From the NCBI GenBank assembly GCA_047495785.1, contig JBLDXI010000001.1, positions 558,001-622,000 on the forward strand: a stretch of DNA of 64,000 nucleotides, in the 5' to 3' direction. Both the position numbers and the translations under genes were made by a program. The notes below the pieces were generated by a model. That model saw only the letters and a list, made by a program, of their open reading frames with translations. It was not told the DNA's origin and ran no database searches. This document shows, piece after piece, positions 51,296-62,974 of this stretch. How positions within the stretch are numbered: the first letter of the stretch is position 1; the number at the start of each line of letters is the position of its first letter. Origin of the DNA: Lepidodermella squamata. Its lineage: Eukaryota > Animalia > Gastrotricha.

Positions 51296-52728
51296 ATGGT
51301 GAAATTAAGTTTTGCCCTTCTGTCGCTTTTTTTATTCGCATCGGTCGCTTTCGCCGAGGAAACCGAAGACGCCGCTGAGATCGACAATGAATTCGAGCGC
51401 CTTTTCGTCGTCCCTGAATCTGCTGCTGATTCCGAACGCTTGGGTGTCAAGGACTACGCCAAGTATCAATGCGGCCGCCGTGGCAAGTTGACTGGCCAAG
51501 TTGAAGACGCAGCTCGTATCGAAGAAACTGAATGGGAGGGTGAGCGTGCTGACGTTGCTGGTAGCGAGCAAGCTGAAGGTGTGGTTGATAACGCTGAAGC
51601 TGAGAAAACCGAGGCTGCTGATACCGCTGATACCGAGTCCGAACGCGGTGCGATCACTGAAGGCGAAGAGGAAGTTGCCGCAGCCCATCAACATGTCGAA
51701 TCCGAGGGCGCCAGCGAGACTGATGCCGAGGATGAAGGCGAGGGTGACGCTGAAGCTGTTCGCATGGTTGGCGGTCGAGAAACCGGTAAAATTATTCGAA
51801 AATGTGTGTTTTTCTTTGATAAAATAAATCTAATTTTTGTAGATTCCGCTGAGTTTCCGTGGCACGTAGCGATTTACTTCAAGAAGAGGCAGGTCTGCAG
51901 CGGCGCCATCATCGGCAAGCGTTACGTCGTCGCCAATGCCCAATGCTTCAAGAACCGAGACCGCCGCCTCTTCAAGGTCTTCGCCGGCAAAATGTACAGC
52001 GATTTCGCTGAAGAAGGCGCTGTCGGCCCATTCACTATTGACGCCATTGCCATCCACAACAAATACAAGAGTAAGCGAGTCTTTCTGTTACTATAATTCA
52101 CCTAGATTTTACTCGTGCCGTTTTGTTTATAGCGAAAGGCGGTAAATACGAATACGACATTGCCCTGCTCAAGTTGAACAAGAACTTCCGCTACTCATCC
52201 AAGGTCTCCCCTGTCTGCCTGCCTGAGCAAGCCGAGAAGGTCACCAAGACGCGCCGTTGCTTCGTCAGCGGTTACGTCGAAGCCAAGGGTCAACTCGAGG
52301 ATGGCGAGCTTCGTGGCGCCCGCGTCTCTGTCATCACCAACAAGCAGTGCAAGAGCAAGGCCGGCAGCTGGCTGCGCGGCTCCCTCACCAAGAACCAGTT
52401 CTGCGCCGGCGGTCTCCGCTCCGACACTGGCTCCACCTGCAAGGGTGACCTTGGCAGCCCGCTCGTCTGCGAACTCGGCCGCAAGAGCAACGTCTTCATC
52501 CTGCAGGGTCTGTTCTCGTTCGGCAAGAACGACTGCTCGGCGAAGAAGAAGGTCCCGGCCGCTTACATCCGTCTGAGCAGCTACGTCACCTGGCTGAAGA
52601 AGAGCTACCGCAAGCTGCAACAGCACAAGTCTACCGTCCGCGCTGATATCGTCGAAGAGAGCGACAATGGAGACGCCGACGAACGTTTCGAGGGGGTTGA
52701 CCCTGATGTTCTTGCTGACGAAGAGTAA
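51296..52728 (+). CDS. Secreted catalytically inactive serine protease homologue SPH2 (3 exons), paralogue of SPH1
   Basis: Signal peptide, acidic propeptide, R|MVGG, VANAQCF, EYDIA, TCKGDLGSP, acidic tail. Confidence 0.9.
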
Positions 52729-53484
52729 AAACTACTTAGCAAACTAATTAACTCATGTTTTTAACAATAATTTTAACATGTTATCTGATGTTTTAACTTG
52801 GATTTGTGTCGAAAAACAACGTGATACGAAACAATAAATCCGAATTTCATAATCGAAGTACTCTTGATATTATGCTTGATCACATGTAGTAAGTCATGAC
52901 AACATTTGGACTGTACAGTCGCCAAAGGCTTGGTAATCTTAAGAAACACAGTTCAATTTTTGCGTATTTTGCTCATTTTTTGAGAGATAAGTTTCGCTCC
53001 AAAATTGATAGCCTTTGTCTTCCTTGCTTGGCAGTTCACATAGCTATCATTTCAACCTTAGTTATAATGCTATCAACCTTTTTAGCAGAAGTCACTCGCT
53101 TTGTGTTCGCCCGCTTTGAAGGTCGATCGCCATACCCAGTTCCGAACCCAAAATAAAATGGAATAAGCCCAACACTCACGTCCCATCGATCTCTTTTACA
53201 GTTGTCTATCGAGATATCGCCCTGTGAGTATCTTCAAGGTCTAACTGCAAAGGTGCTATTTTTCTCGATAATCCACCTTAAACAACTTGAAACAACACCG
53301 CTTGTGAATTATAAAGCTCAGTTTATTGCAATAAATTGCGAATCAAATGGTAATTAGCTATAATATAGACCGGTGAGGTGCATTCCATTATTGTTGAGCT
53401 TTGGTGACGGATAAAATGAACAAGTACAGTCATGCATTGAGCCGAAAAAAAACAAAAGAGCGTGGAAAACTTGAGCGATGCAGA

Positions 53485-55401
53485 TCACCGAGAAAAATCA
53501 CCAAGATCAATGAGCAAATCACCGTTATCATCATCGACTTTTTCATCCGTGTTCTCGTCATAGTCAATATTCAGCGACATTTGCTTACGCGCTGGAGCTT
53601 GTTTCGCAATACCACTCGATACAAGCGGCGTCATAGGAACGAGATCAAGATCCTGCGGGCCACCACTCAAATCCAGCAAACCAGCCCCGAGTTGCTTTTT
53701 GCTTCGGGCGGGTAGCACATTTGCAGGAGTGGCAACTGCATCTTTTGAGACGTTTTTCGAGAAAAATGCCGGCGATAAGCCATCGCCGGGTGCGTCAAAC
53801 ATATTGCTGCTGTTATTTCCATGGTTTTGGGAATTATTCGCAGAAAGCGAAGATATAGTCGCAGGTAAACGATAAGCTGTTTCATCAAGCATACGAGAAA
53901 CGCGCTTCTGGAACATTTCATTGATTTGAACTGCGCCTTGCCTAAAAAAATTGAACATTAACCAAATAAATCAATGAATTATCTATGAATTGTCTCACTT
54001 GAATTCTTTTAGCTGCGAGATCATCTGCTTTAGATAGCGGCTATCACCAGGCAACGGATTGACTAGAGAATCAGCAATTGCGTTGTAATCGCTGCCAGGT
54101 CCAACCATTGCTGCCATTTGTTCGGAATAGAGATCCAGGGCCAGCGTGGCGAAGCGAATTACAGCGACAAGATTCAACCGGCCCCGGTCATAAAGATCAA
54201 TCGGCTTAATCCTAACCATTTTCGACGATATGTTGTTCTCCCCGTCTTCATCATCGTCTTCATTGTCGTCAAGAGGCCCGCTGGACAGTGCCATTTCTTC
54301 GAGGCGATGGACCAAAATATCGGGCAGACGAATTGTAATCTGCGACCCCTCGACCTTCCACACCGAATCGCCGTCCGCACCACCCCGGTCGGCTAGACAG
54401 TCTGATAGCAACTGGATGATCGTCCGGCCATTCGACCACATTTCCTCGATACGACGCCAGTATTTTCGAACGCGCTCGGCTACAGCGCGCTGGGCCATGC
54501 GACCGCCAGCTGCACTCGAACCAGGCGTTCCCATGTTCAGAGCCGGGCCGGAGTGAATGGATCGGTAACGGCGAGACCAATGGCCAAGCCCGGCGAGCCG
54601 CGCACCATCCTGCGCCGCGTTTTCCAGCTCGCCTTTCAAACTTTCCTCCGCACCCTTATCGGCTCGAAGTGCAGATCGATACGCATGGATGAACCGCCTT
54701 AATGAGAAAAAAATCAGAGGTCAAGTTTCAATCAAGAAAATCGCATATTACTCAGCAGATTCGCCCCATTTCATCTGCTCCTCGTGAAGCTGTTTCAGCT
54801 CCTGCACGAATAAGGAACGCTCAGCCACAACTAGGCCGTGGCTCATTGCTAGGAAAGTCTGAAGGTTTATCGGAGATTCTTTGGTTAGCACGTTGAAAGC
54901 GGGTGCTTTGAGCAACTGGTACGGCTTGATGCCCAACTCGCGGACAGAAACTCGCGCGAGAACCAATCGCGAAAATGCGAACATCAAGTAGTAGAACTTG
55001 TCGCCGCCAGGGGACATAAAAAGCGATGGAACGATTCGAGGCAGCGGCGTGGCGAGGTCGTCATTTTCAGCCGAAGCCGCCAGTTCGGCCAACCAATTGG
55101 TCGAAACTTTGCGGAATTCAGCCTCTGCACGTTTATCGCCAACAGGCCAACAGTGGCGGAAAGCTTCATCGGCAGCTGTTTTGTCCAGGCGTTGAAAAAG
55201 AAAATGAGTCACGAACTGGAAAGCTCGTTGATTCGGCATTACGAACATGTCTCTGAAATCGAACAATAGAAATGCAAAAACATCGGCGATTTAATTGCAG
55301 TGAACAAACTTGTTGAAAGTGACATAATGCTTCGCTGACATGGTGTGAGGATCGAAATCCAGAAGCAGCAGGTTGTCGAGAAACGCTTGCTTTATATCCA
55401 T
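53485..55401 (-). CDS. HAUS6: HAUS augmin-like complex subunit 6
   Basis: LLLLDFDP...DMFVMPNQRAFQFVTHFLF..LD...FRHCWP..DKRAEAEFRK..W and PRIVPSLFMSPGGDKF match the HAUS6 N-terminal domain. Confidence 0.9.
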
Positions 55402-55678
55402 GTTCAAAATTCTAGGTAACAAAAAACCACCATGAAATTCATCATCTTTCTTTCATTATCGCTTTTTCGTAGAAACGGAGAATTTCTGATCTGAAGTAAT
55501 ATTATTTTTTGTGTCAAAGCAGTCGTCAAAAGTTTACAACAAGCTGCACATCAAAATAGCATTAGGATGTGGCTGACGTCCATCATTTAATAAGGAGGTG
55601 GCCAGTGTACAGGCATACACACAACGATCATGGAATGAAGAGCAAGAACAGAGCTTACAAGCACGCACGCACGGTAAA

Positions 55679-56488
55679 TCAACTGTATGGCATTGCTTGA
55701 GCTCGATGGTTCGCAGCACCTTGATTGTGATGTTGGTTGTGATAACCACCCCCTCCACCGCCGCCATCGCGATTGTGGTGGCCCTGGTGATGATGATGCC
55801 CGTGGTGCTGGTTATAACCGTGGTAGTGACCACCACCGTGGTGACCGTGACCACCAGGCGGGTATTCCGACCCAGGACTTTGGACCGGGGAGGTGTACGA
55901 GGGCGGGCTATTCGCAATCCGATCATTCCCACCACCGCCGCCGTGGCCCGATCCGTGGATCGATTCGACGTTTCTACGGTATTCCCACTGCAGCATAACC
56001 GGAAGGGCGAGAGCGCGTTGAGCAGCCTCGCGCAGCCTGTCGGCAGAGCGTCGCGTGTCCTCAGCGTGCCAGACCGACAGCACATCATGGGCTTTTTTCG
56101 TCGTAACTCCGATGCCGCAGATGAAATTGCCACTTTCGTCGTCACCCGCGATCGATTGCGACAACTGCTCGCCGATTAGCGCTAGCAGGAGGTTTTCCCA
56201 ACAGCGCGATGACAAGGCTTTTGGGATTCTGGCAAGTAAACGGCCACCTGAATGATTGACCGGGTCTTCCCACATCGGCGATACTCCGGACCGGAAAACG
56301 TAGTACGACGAATTGAGCTGCAGGTCCGAAGGTCGAATCAGATGGCAGTAGTAAGACCAAAACTGCTCTACGGTAGAAAATTCTCCCAGATCTTGAACTC
56401 GGCCTAAAAATTGGTCGGCGTACTGGTGACCGCCATCAAGAGGCGGCGCGTACCAGTAAGTATATGAGCGACCAAGTTGGTTCGGCAT
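55679..56488 (-). CDS. EIF4E2: Class II eIF4E (4EHP) with His/Gly-rich C-terminal tail, intronless
   Basis: YTYWY, FSTVEQFWSYYCHL, PMWEDPVN, WENLLLALIGEQ, LSVW. Tyr at both positions where class I eIF4E has Trp43 and Trp56 indicates class II. Confidence 0.85.
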   Translation of the reverse strand: MPNQLGRSYTYWYAPPLDGGHQYADQFLGRVQDLGEFSTVEQFWSYYCHLIRPSDLQLNSSYYVFRSGVSPMWEDPVNHSGGRLLARIPKALSSRCWENLLLALIGEQLSQSIAGDDESGNFICGIGVTTKKAHDVLSVWHAEDTRRSADRLREAAQRALALPVMLQWEYRRNVESIHGSGHGGGGGNDRIANSPPSYTSPVQSPGSEYPPGGHGHHGGGHYHGYNQHHGHHHHQGHHNRDGGGGGGGYHNQHHNQGAANHRAQAMPYS

Positions 56489-56832
56489 TTCGAACAGAAT
56501 CTAGCTTATAATTATTTAATAAAATTTAAATATCTAAAAAAACACAGGAAATTTAAAATAACGATTGACTAGCGATTTTGTCATTTCATTCCACCTGCTG
56601 CATAGTGATTTATAGTGCACAAGATCACTACGACAACGCCTGTTATTGTAGATTTGAAGCTGCAGGTAATAAGATCAAGCATCCTTTCAAACGAGATTTA
56701 CCGATGGAACTGCATTTGATATAAAATACGATTATTACGAATAAGACAAATTGATCAGTCTAATAGCAACCGTAGAAGAAATTAATTCATGATAAGTGTA
56801 CGGTTACTTAAAATCTCATTAAAGCGACTTCA

Positions 56833-59221
56833 TCATTCTGTTACAGGTACAGGAACTAAAACCGGAGAAGCGTTTACAACGGCGGCATCCCCGCTGACAA
56901 CGACAATAGACTGCTTTTCGGCAGCCTGACACAAGTCAATGTGGACTGAAAGCACAGCAGTAGCGCCAAAAAGAGCTGCAAACGCACGAAGAAGTTCGAG
57001 AGACTCGGACACGACCACGTTCAAATCATCGCATTCACGCACAACGGTGATGCAAACGCGGAACAAGTGGCGCTTAGTCGCGTAACTAGGTTGTAATGAC
57101 GGTAGTACAGTTGAGATCGTTCGAGCAGATGAAGATGGGGTTGCCGGCGTTGACGGGGCCAGGGCTCCGCCTATTGATTGCGAGAGAAGCGAAGACGAAG
57201 ATTGATGGTGATGCATGTTAGCGAGTGACGGCGACGGTTGAGATCCAAGAGCAGCGCCAGTCAACAGCCAATGCGCTTCATCGCCGGAAGTTATCAAGCG
57301 CAGTTTGATTGCGGACAGCGCGCTGATTCTTGCTTTTCGACACCGAAATCGAGCGAGTTGCAGCAAGCGTTCAGGCCAAGTTATCGGTGATTGTGTCGAT
57401 GGAATGCGGTATATTAACGCAAAGCTGCTCAGGTGACTAGGCGCCAGAGTGAATGTCGAGGTAGTTGTGGTTGGCGAGGGCGTTGAGATCTAAACAATAG
57501 TAAAACATAAAATTCAAGAACGACGTCTCATTTATAAGAAATACCGGTAGATTGACCGGAGTGTTATTAGGCGAATCCGGTGAAGACGGGGTTACACCCG
57601 CTGGAGGAGGTAAAACTTTGAGTAGCACCCCTGTTCCAGTTCCAGTAAGTACTATCAACTCCTCACTGATAGTCAATTGAATATCGAGGTTAAATATCGA
57701 GTTCCAACCACCAATACGCATTTTAGAGATTATGTCTCGGTATAATTCGTGCTCCAGATACGGCAGGGCGTCACTGACTTCTTTTGCCGAGAATTCTATC
57801 GAAATGTCACGCCGTCGCTGTCGCGAAACACAAGCGCGTAACAAGCCGGTACTAACAGAAAGATTCAGGTCCGTCGGGGGATCGATAGAACACAGCAACA
57901 TTTGAGGTACCCAACCAGTTGAGCACTCAGAGCGTTGACAGCGCACCAAGCCGGGAAGGCCAGCGTCGTGCGGCACGTGGAATTGATGGCAAGGCGGGAT
58001 ACCGGATCCATCTGGGGAAACACCTCCATCCATAGCGCGATGATTTTCCATCGAGATAAGTTTTTCTCTTTCCATCGCTTGCCGATCGAGTGATTTGGTT
58101 AATGCGCTGTTCCGATTTCGTGAATATGTCGAATAGCTGCCCACTGCCCCACGGCCTAACGAAGCAGTGGTAGCACACGCCGATACGACTATTAGCTCGC
58201 GGAAAATAGAAATTTGCTCGCGATAACCGATGGCAGCATCGTAGCCGGATGCTTCAAGCTGCATTTTCAGTTCCTGTTTAAGTTCGGAGAACCATCTTCG
58301 ATACATTTCAGCTGTCCTGTTATCATTTGCGATTCGAACAGCCCTTGCTGTTACCATACCACCGGTGTGTGTAATTACGCCTGGCGGATATGATGACAGA
58401 GTAAAGAATGGGCTATCAGGAGACATGGATAAGTGATTTTGGGGCGATGAGTTCATCATCACGCCAGGAGGTACCGCAACACTGCCTTGATCAAGCCAAA
58501 CGGCCGTTCCAATTGCCCTTGCAATTAATCCGCCGACCCCATCAGCTTCAACAATCTGGCGATAACCAATAACTGCATTGCCACCGAGATCAGCAGCACG
58601 CGACGCTACTCTTTGTTGAAGTTCAATAGCTAACCTGGCTATTATTAGTTGCCTGGCATCATCAGAAGCTCGAGCACTCCGCAGCTTGTCACGCCACTCT
58701 GTTTCCGGATCCGCTTCGACCAATACGTCATCGACAACGCCAAATAGCTGCAAAATGCGCGGTGATATCGGAGGTATAGGTGTGTTTAACACACACAGGC
58801 TGTGTGGTCGCGATATATGGGAGAGAATTTCTATTTTTACAATAAGATGTATCTCGCCTCTAATACCATGGACTGGATCTAGCAATGGAAGCCAGCCATC
58901 CATTCGATAAGGATATCCGACGTTTAATAGATTAACCAAGTTGAATAAAACACCTCCGATGGCATCGTTAGCCGAATAAGCTTCATGATCCATCAGCCTC
59001 ACTTGTAGAGGCTCGTCGTACAGTGTTTTCTCATCAATTTCAAATCGAAATATTTCTTCGCGCCATACTGGACTTGTAGATCGGCGACAAACCGCAGTTT
59101 TAAACTCGTTTTCACCCAAGCGAATTAAAGCGAACGCATCCAGCAGCTCGCCTTTATTCTCAACCGGAGAAATATCGCGCGCTTCAACCACTTTGACAAT
59201 GACGGTAACTTTTTGATTCAT
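56833..59221 (-). CDS. C2CD5: C2 domain-containing protein 5 (KIAA0528/CDP138-like)
   Basis: N-terminal C2 domain (LYDEPLQVRLMDHEAYSANDAIG, GIRGEI). DPETEWRDKLRSARASDDARQ, LGGNAVIGYRQ and VSDALPYLEHELY are C2CD5 blocks. One intron lies near 57490-57545. Confidence 0.9.
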
Positions 59222-59599
59222 TGCCTAAAGAAAAGGAACAAATGAAATTTAAAGTTTATCCTCAAATGGCGTAACAAGCTACAAAGCAGTCATCCTGAAG
59301 ATTGTGTCTGACATTTCAGCCTTTTAGCGTAACAACAAGCAGTTTAAATCGCATACTCAAAAATTTTGATAATTTTTCAGAAGAAAAGTCAGAAGAATCT
59401 TTAATTCGATTATTTCTTTCAAGCAAGACTGATCAGCGTTTAAATCTCTCTTATCATGGGGAATTTCGGTGATCGGATATCGGATGCGTAGGGGACTAAC
59501 GACTAACCGACAATGATATCGCAAGAAACGGAACATCTAGTCGCGACTGTGTCGGACAATTTCAGACTGATCACTGATCCGTGATCCGATTGCCAAGTT

Positions 59600-60040
59600 T
59601 CATCATCATCATCATCATTTTATTGTTTTCCTTCTGATTGCACCATTTTTTTTTTAATTTTATAAAAGAATAACAGTATTTAGGAATGGATTTATAAATG
59701 GGCAAAAAGAGGATCGAGCGCAGAAGTAAGGCGACCGTACACAGCATATAAGAATGTTTATATAGGATGATGCGCGCAAGGCACGCATACATTAGATAAG
59801 GTGATTAAAATAATAATTAGTTTTATTTAACTAAGGCCAAATTTGTAAGGACAGGCCATTCTTCCAATATAAATTTTTTGCACGAGTTAACAAAAAGATT
59901 TATCGAAGTAATGTTAGTGATAGAGGCAGGTAGAAGGTTCCATAATTTGGCAGTTCTAATAGCAAAGCTAAAGCATTTGGGACTAATGCAACCGGACTTG
60001 AGTGTGATAAAAAAATGACTGGACCGGTTCATAACCATAT
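59600..60040 (-). mobile_element. 5'-truncated non-LTR retrotransposon (CR1/L2-like) 3' remnant
   Basis: Minus-strand peptide FAIRTAKLWNLLPASITNITSINLF resembles the R...WNxLP C-terminus of CR1/L2 ORF2. It is followed by an AT-rich UTR and an AATAAA(ATG)n simple-repeat tail at 59600-59624. Confidence 0.7.
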
Positions 60041-60600
60041 CACGTTACCGATTACGGCTTGACAAACTGGTAACAACCTGGCAGAGCAAAACAAAACCGC
60101 GGCCCGGCTGAAAACCTCTCATTGATTCGCCGGGCTGGTATCAGGTTTTTTGCAGGAAACACAACTACACACATTTTTTTATACAAACTTTTAAATCTCG
60201 CCAAAAACCATAATAAAAGTGTTTACTGTAATTATTTGTTTATGTTGGCATTGACGACGTATTGTAGCTTGCTCAGTTCTTTCAGATTTTCCAGCCATGC
60301 CGGGTGTATCGATTGAATCATCGAGGCCACTATAATTCGATTTTCCATTGTGGTATGCGCTCAATTTAGTATGCACTATCTCAATAATGCTATTGATTTT
60401 ATTTACAGCCTTTTGCCTTACCTCTCAGCTTAAGCGCGTCAGTTTGTGCGTTATGCAGTGTTGGGGTTTGATTTATACTTGTACGCATGTATCTTCCGTT
60501 TGCGACTTGACGCAATGCCCATGTGACTTCAAAAGCTATATGCTCTGATGACAAATCTCAAGGGAACGAAGTCGCCACGCTGAAAAGATATAAAAATACT

Positions 60601-61046
60601 ACGTAGCTGAAGTTAGCGGGCCACCCCCTGGCGGGCCACCCTTCCGTGTTAGTTAAATTTGTGCTTTTTTTATGTGAAATATGTGCCTCGGCGAGGCACA
60701 TAATACCATGCTATCAGCACAAAAATAGCACCTTTCTATAATTGGAAGGCTAAAAAATGGCCCGCTAACTTCAATAAACAGCGGATTTTGCTGAAGTTAG
60801 CGGGCCCGCGGGCCATTCATCAGCGGGCCACTGTTATGCTACTTGCTACTCTTCCTCTTGCTGCTACTGATTTACAAATAGCTTCCAATTATGTGCCTCG
60901 ATGATTTCAGTAGTTCCCGTGTGTTTCCGCTTCAACAATATCTTGCATGCGCACTGAAAACCACAAAAGTGGTGGGGAGGGAAGGGGGGGGGGGGGCGCG
61001 CGCGCACTTGCGGCTACCTTTGGCCCGCTAACTTCACCAGCTACGT
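60601..61046. mobile_element. Non-autonomous TIR DNA transposon with 8-bp target-site duplication
   Basis: Termini ACGTAGCTGAAGTTAGCGGGCCA and TGGCCCGCTAACTTCACCAGCTACGT. Direct repeat AAAATACT at 60593-60600 and 61047-61054. Internal TIR copies near 60758-60807. Confidence 0.8.
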
Positions 61047-61322
61047 AAAATACTAAAAGAGGAAAGAAATAAATCACGTCCAAACTCGATCGAGCATCCT
61101 CTAGTCTTGTTATTCTTGTTATAAAATGCGTAGCTTTACTTTTAATTACCCCTTTGCCATTGAAATCCTACTATCAATACATAATTAATGCAATCTATAA
61201 TGCTTACACAATAATACACAATACAAAATAAGTAACTGTGTCTTTGCTATGAAAGCTGTAAAAAAGACCATCACTAAATCTATTTATTTTCCTTACAGGT
61301 AACTTATTATTGCTTGTAAGTT

Positions 61323-62974
61323 ATGGGCGAAGAGGGGCAGACTATCGCGGATTTCACTAGCAGTTCTGATAAGGAGAAATCGCCTTCGATTGAAACGTAA
61401 CGTGAAATCGAACATTTGCAAATTGATGAAATATAATTTATGAGCTTCGTTTATTTATCACATTAGCGCAAACCAACCGGAAAAAACTGCAAGTATGGCT
61501 GGTAACAATCAAGAGCCTGAGTTCGAGTGGTACTCCTCAGATTATAGCACTGCATATAGCGATGCATATACTCAAAAGCCGTATGCCGCTCGAGGCGCAA
61601 TTAAACCAAGCAGCAAGTTTGTACTGAATGGGCAAAATGACAATCGCTTCGTTGGCCCCGCAACAGAATATAATACTTCATACGTTGGACAGCCTTATGC
61701 AAAAGTTCAACCTATTGTACCCAAATCGGGAATGGATTTGTTTGAACCTGGCAAAATATCTAGCAGCACCACTACTAAATCTGACTACGTTGCCTACACA
61801 TTCGAAGCCCCGATACGCCCCAAAGGTCCGCAGGGGGCTAAACCGAGTGGAAAAATTGAGTTTTCAACCAGCTATAGTGAAGTATGACCTGGCTGCTTTA
61901 TATTGAGATTAAAATTACGACTAACCATTTACCAGGAATTTTCTCCCAAGCCACTGGACAAGGTTGGAATTATCAAACCAAATTTAGCACTGCGAGTTCT
62001 CGAGGCCAAGTTTCATGGAGAGCCATCTTATTCAAGTGATTACCGAGAGTGGAAAATCCCAGAACGCCCCAAAAGATTTCAGCAAATTAAATACAACCCT
62101 CCATCAGTTCCGTTCGAGGGCAGTGCTACATACAGCACCGACTTTATTCCAAGGCCTATTCAAAAAGTTGAACCATGTAAGCCTATCAATAATGGCGTCC
62201 GAATGGGAGATCAGCCATTCAGCGGCTCAACTGATTACAAGGACACTTTTATTGAGCATCAGATAACACCGAGGTAGGTGCATTCCTACCGTTTGCAATT
62301 GGATCTAATTTTGCAAAATAGATATGTCCACCCTCCTGAAGTTTATAACTTGCCAAAAGTACCCGTGGAAAGCATATCTACCTCGATGTCTGATTTTCAG
62401 CCTCTCCCGCTGGTAAAAACTGAGGCCATTGTTCCCAAGTCGGAGCTGAGGAATGCCGATGCGAAGTTGGACGATTCAACGACTACCAAGGTATAATTTC
62501 CTGTTTCCGGTACTAATCAGAAGTACATATCATCATTTTATGTTACAGTCTGATTACGTCGAATGGCCCGTGGAAAGATTTCGACCTAGATGGCAACGCC
62601 CCCAATGGCAGAAATCAGCGGAAAAAGTGGACTATTTTACAACTTCGGCAGAAGATTTCAAACCATACGAGATAAAGCCTATCAAGCGCATCCGCCCTCC
62701 ATCGAGGCAACGGAAACTTGACGCGAAGTTCTCATCTGAAACACAATATGCTCAAGATTATCTGAGGTGGGGAGAAGTGGAGCGAACAAAGCCTATTATT
62801 CGAGAATCATATCAAGCTTCAGCTGATCCATTCTCCGGGAATAGCACTTACTCAACAACATTTATTGCACATCAATGCGACAAACCAGAGATAATCAAAA
62901 AAGATAACAGAAGCAAGGTTTTTCCTTCTATTCCGAACCGGGCGGCCAATAAGCGAACAGTGGCTGCTGCTTGA
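61323..62974 (+). CDS. SAXO/FAM154-family microtubule inner protein (Mn-motif repeats), multi-exon
   Basis: Repeated (F/I)xxxT(T/S)YxxD(Y/F) motifs (STTTKSDY, GEPSYSSDY, GSATYSTDF, GSTDYKDTF, SETQYAQDY) separated by Pro/Lys-rich spacers. An upstream exon from ATG 61323 splices in frame. Confidence 0.82.
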
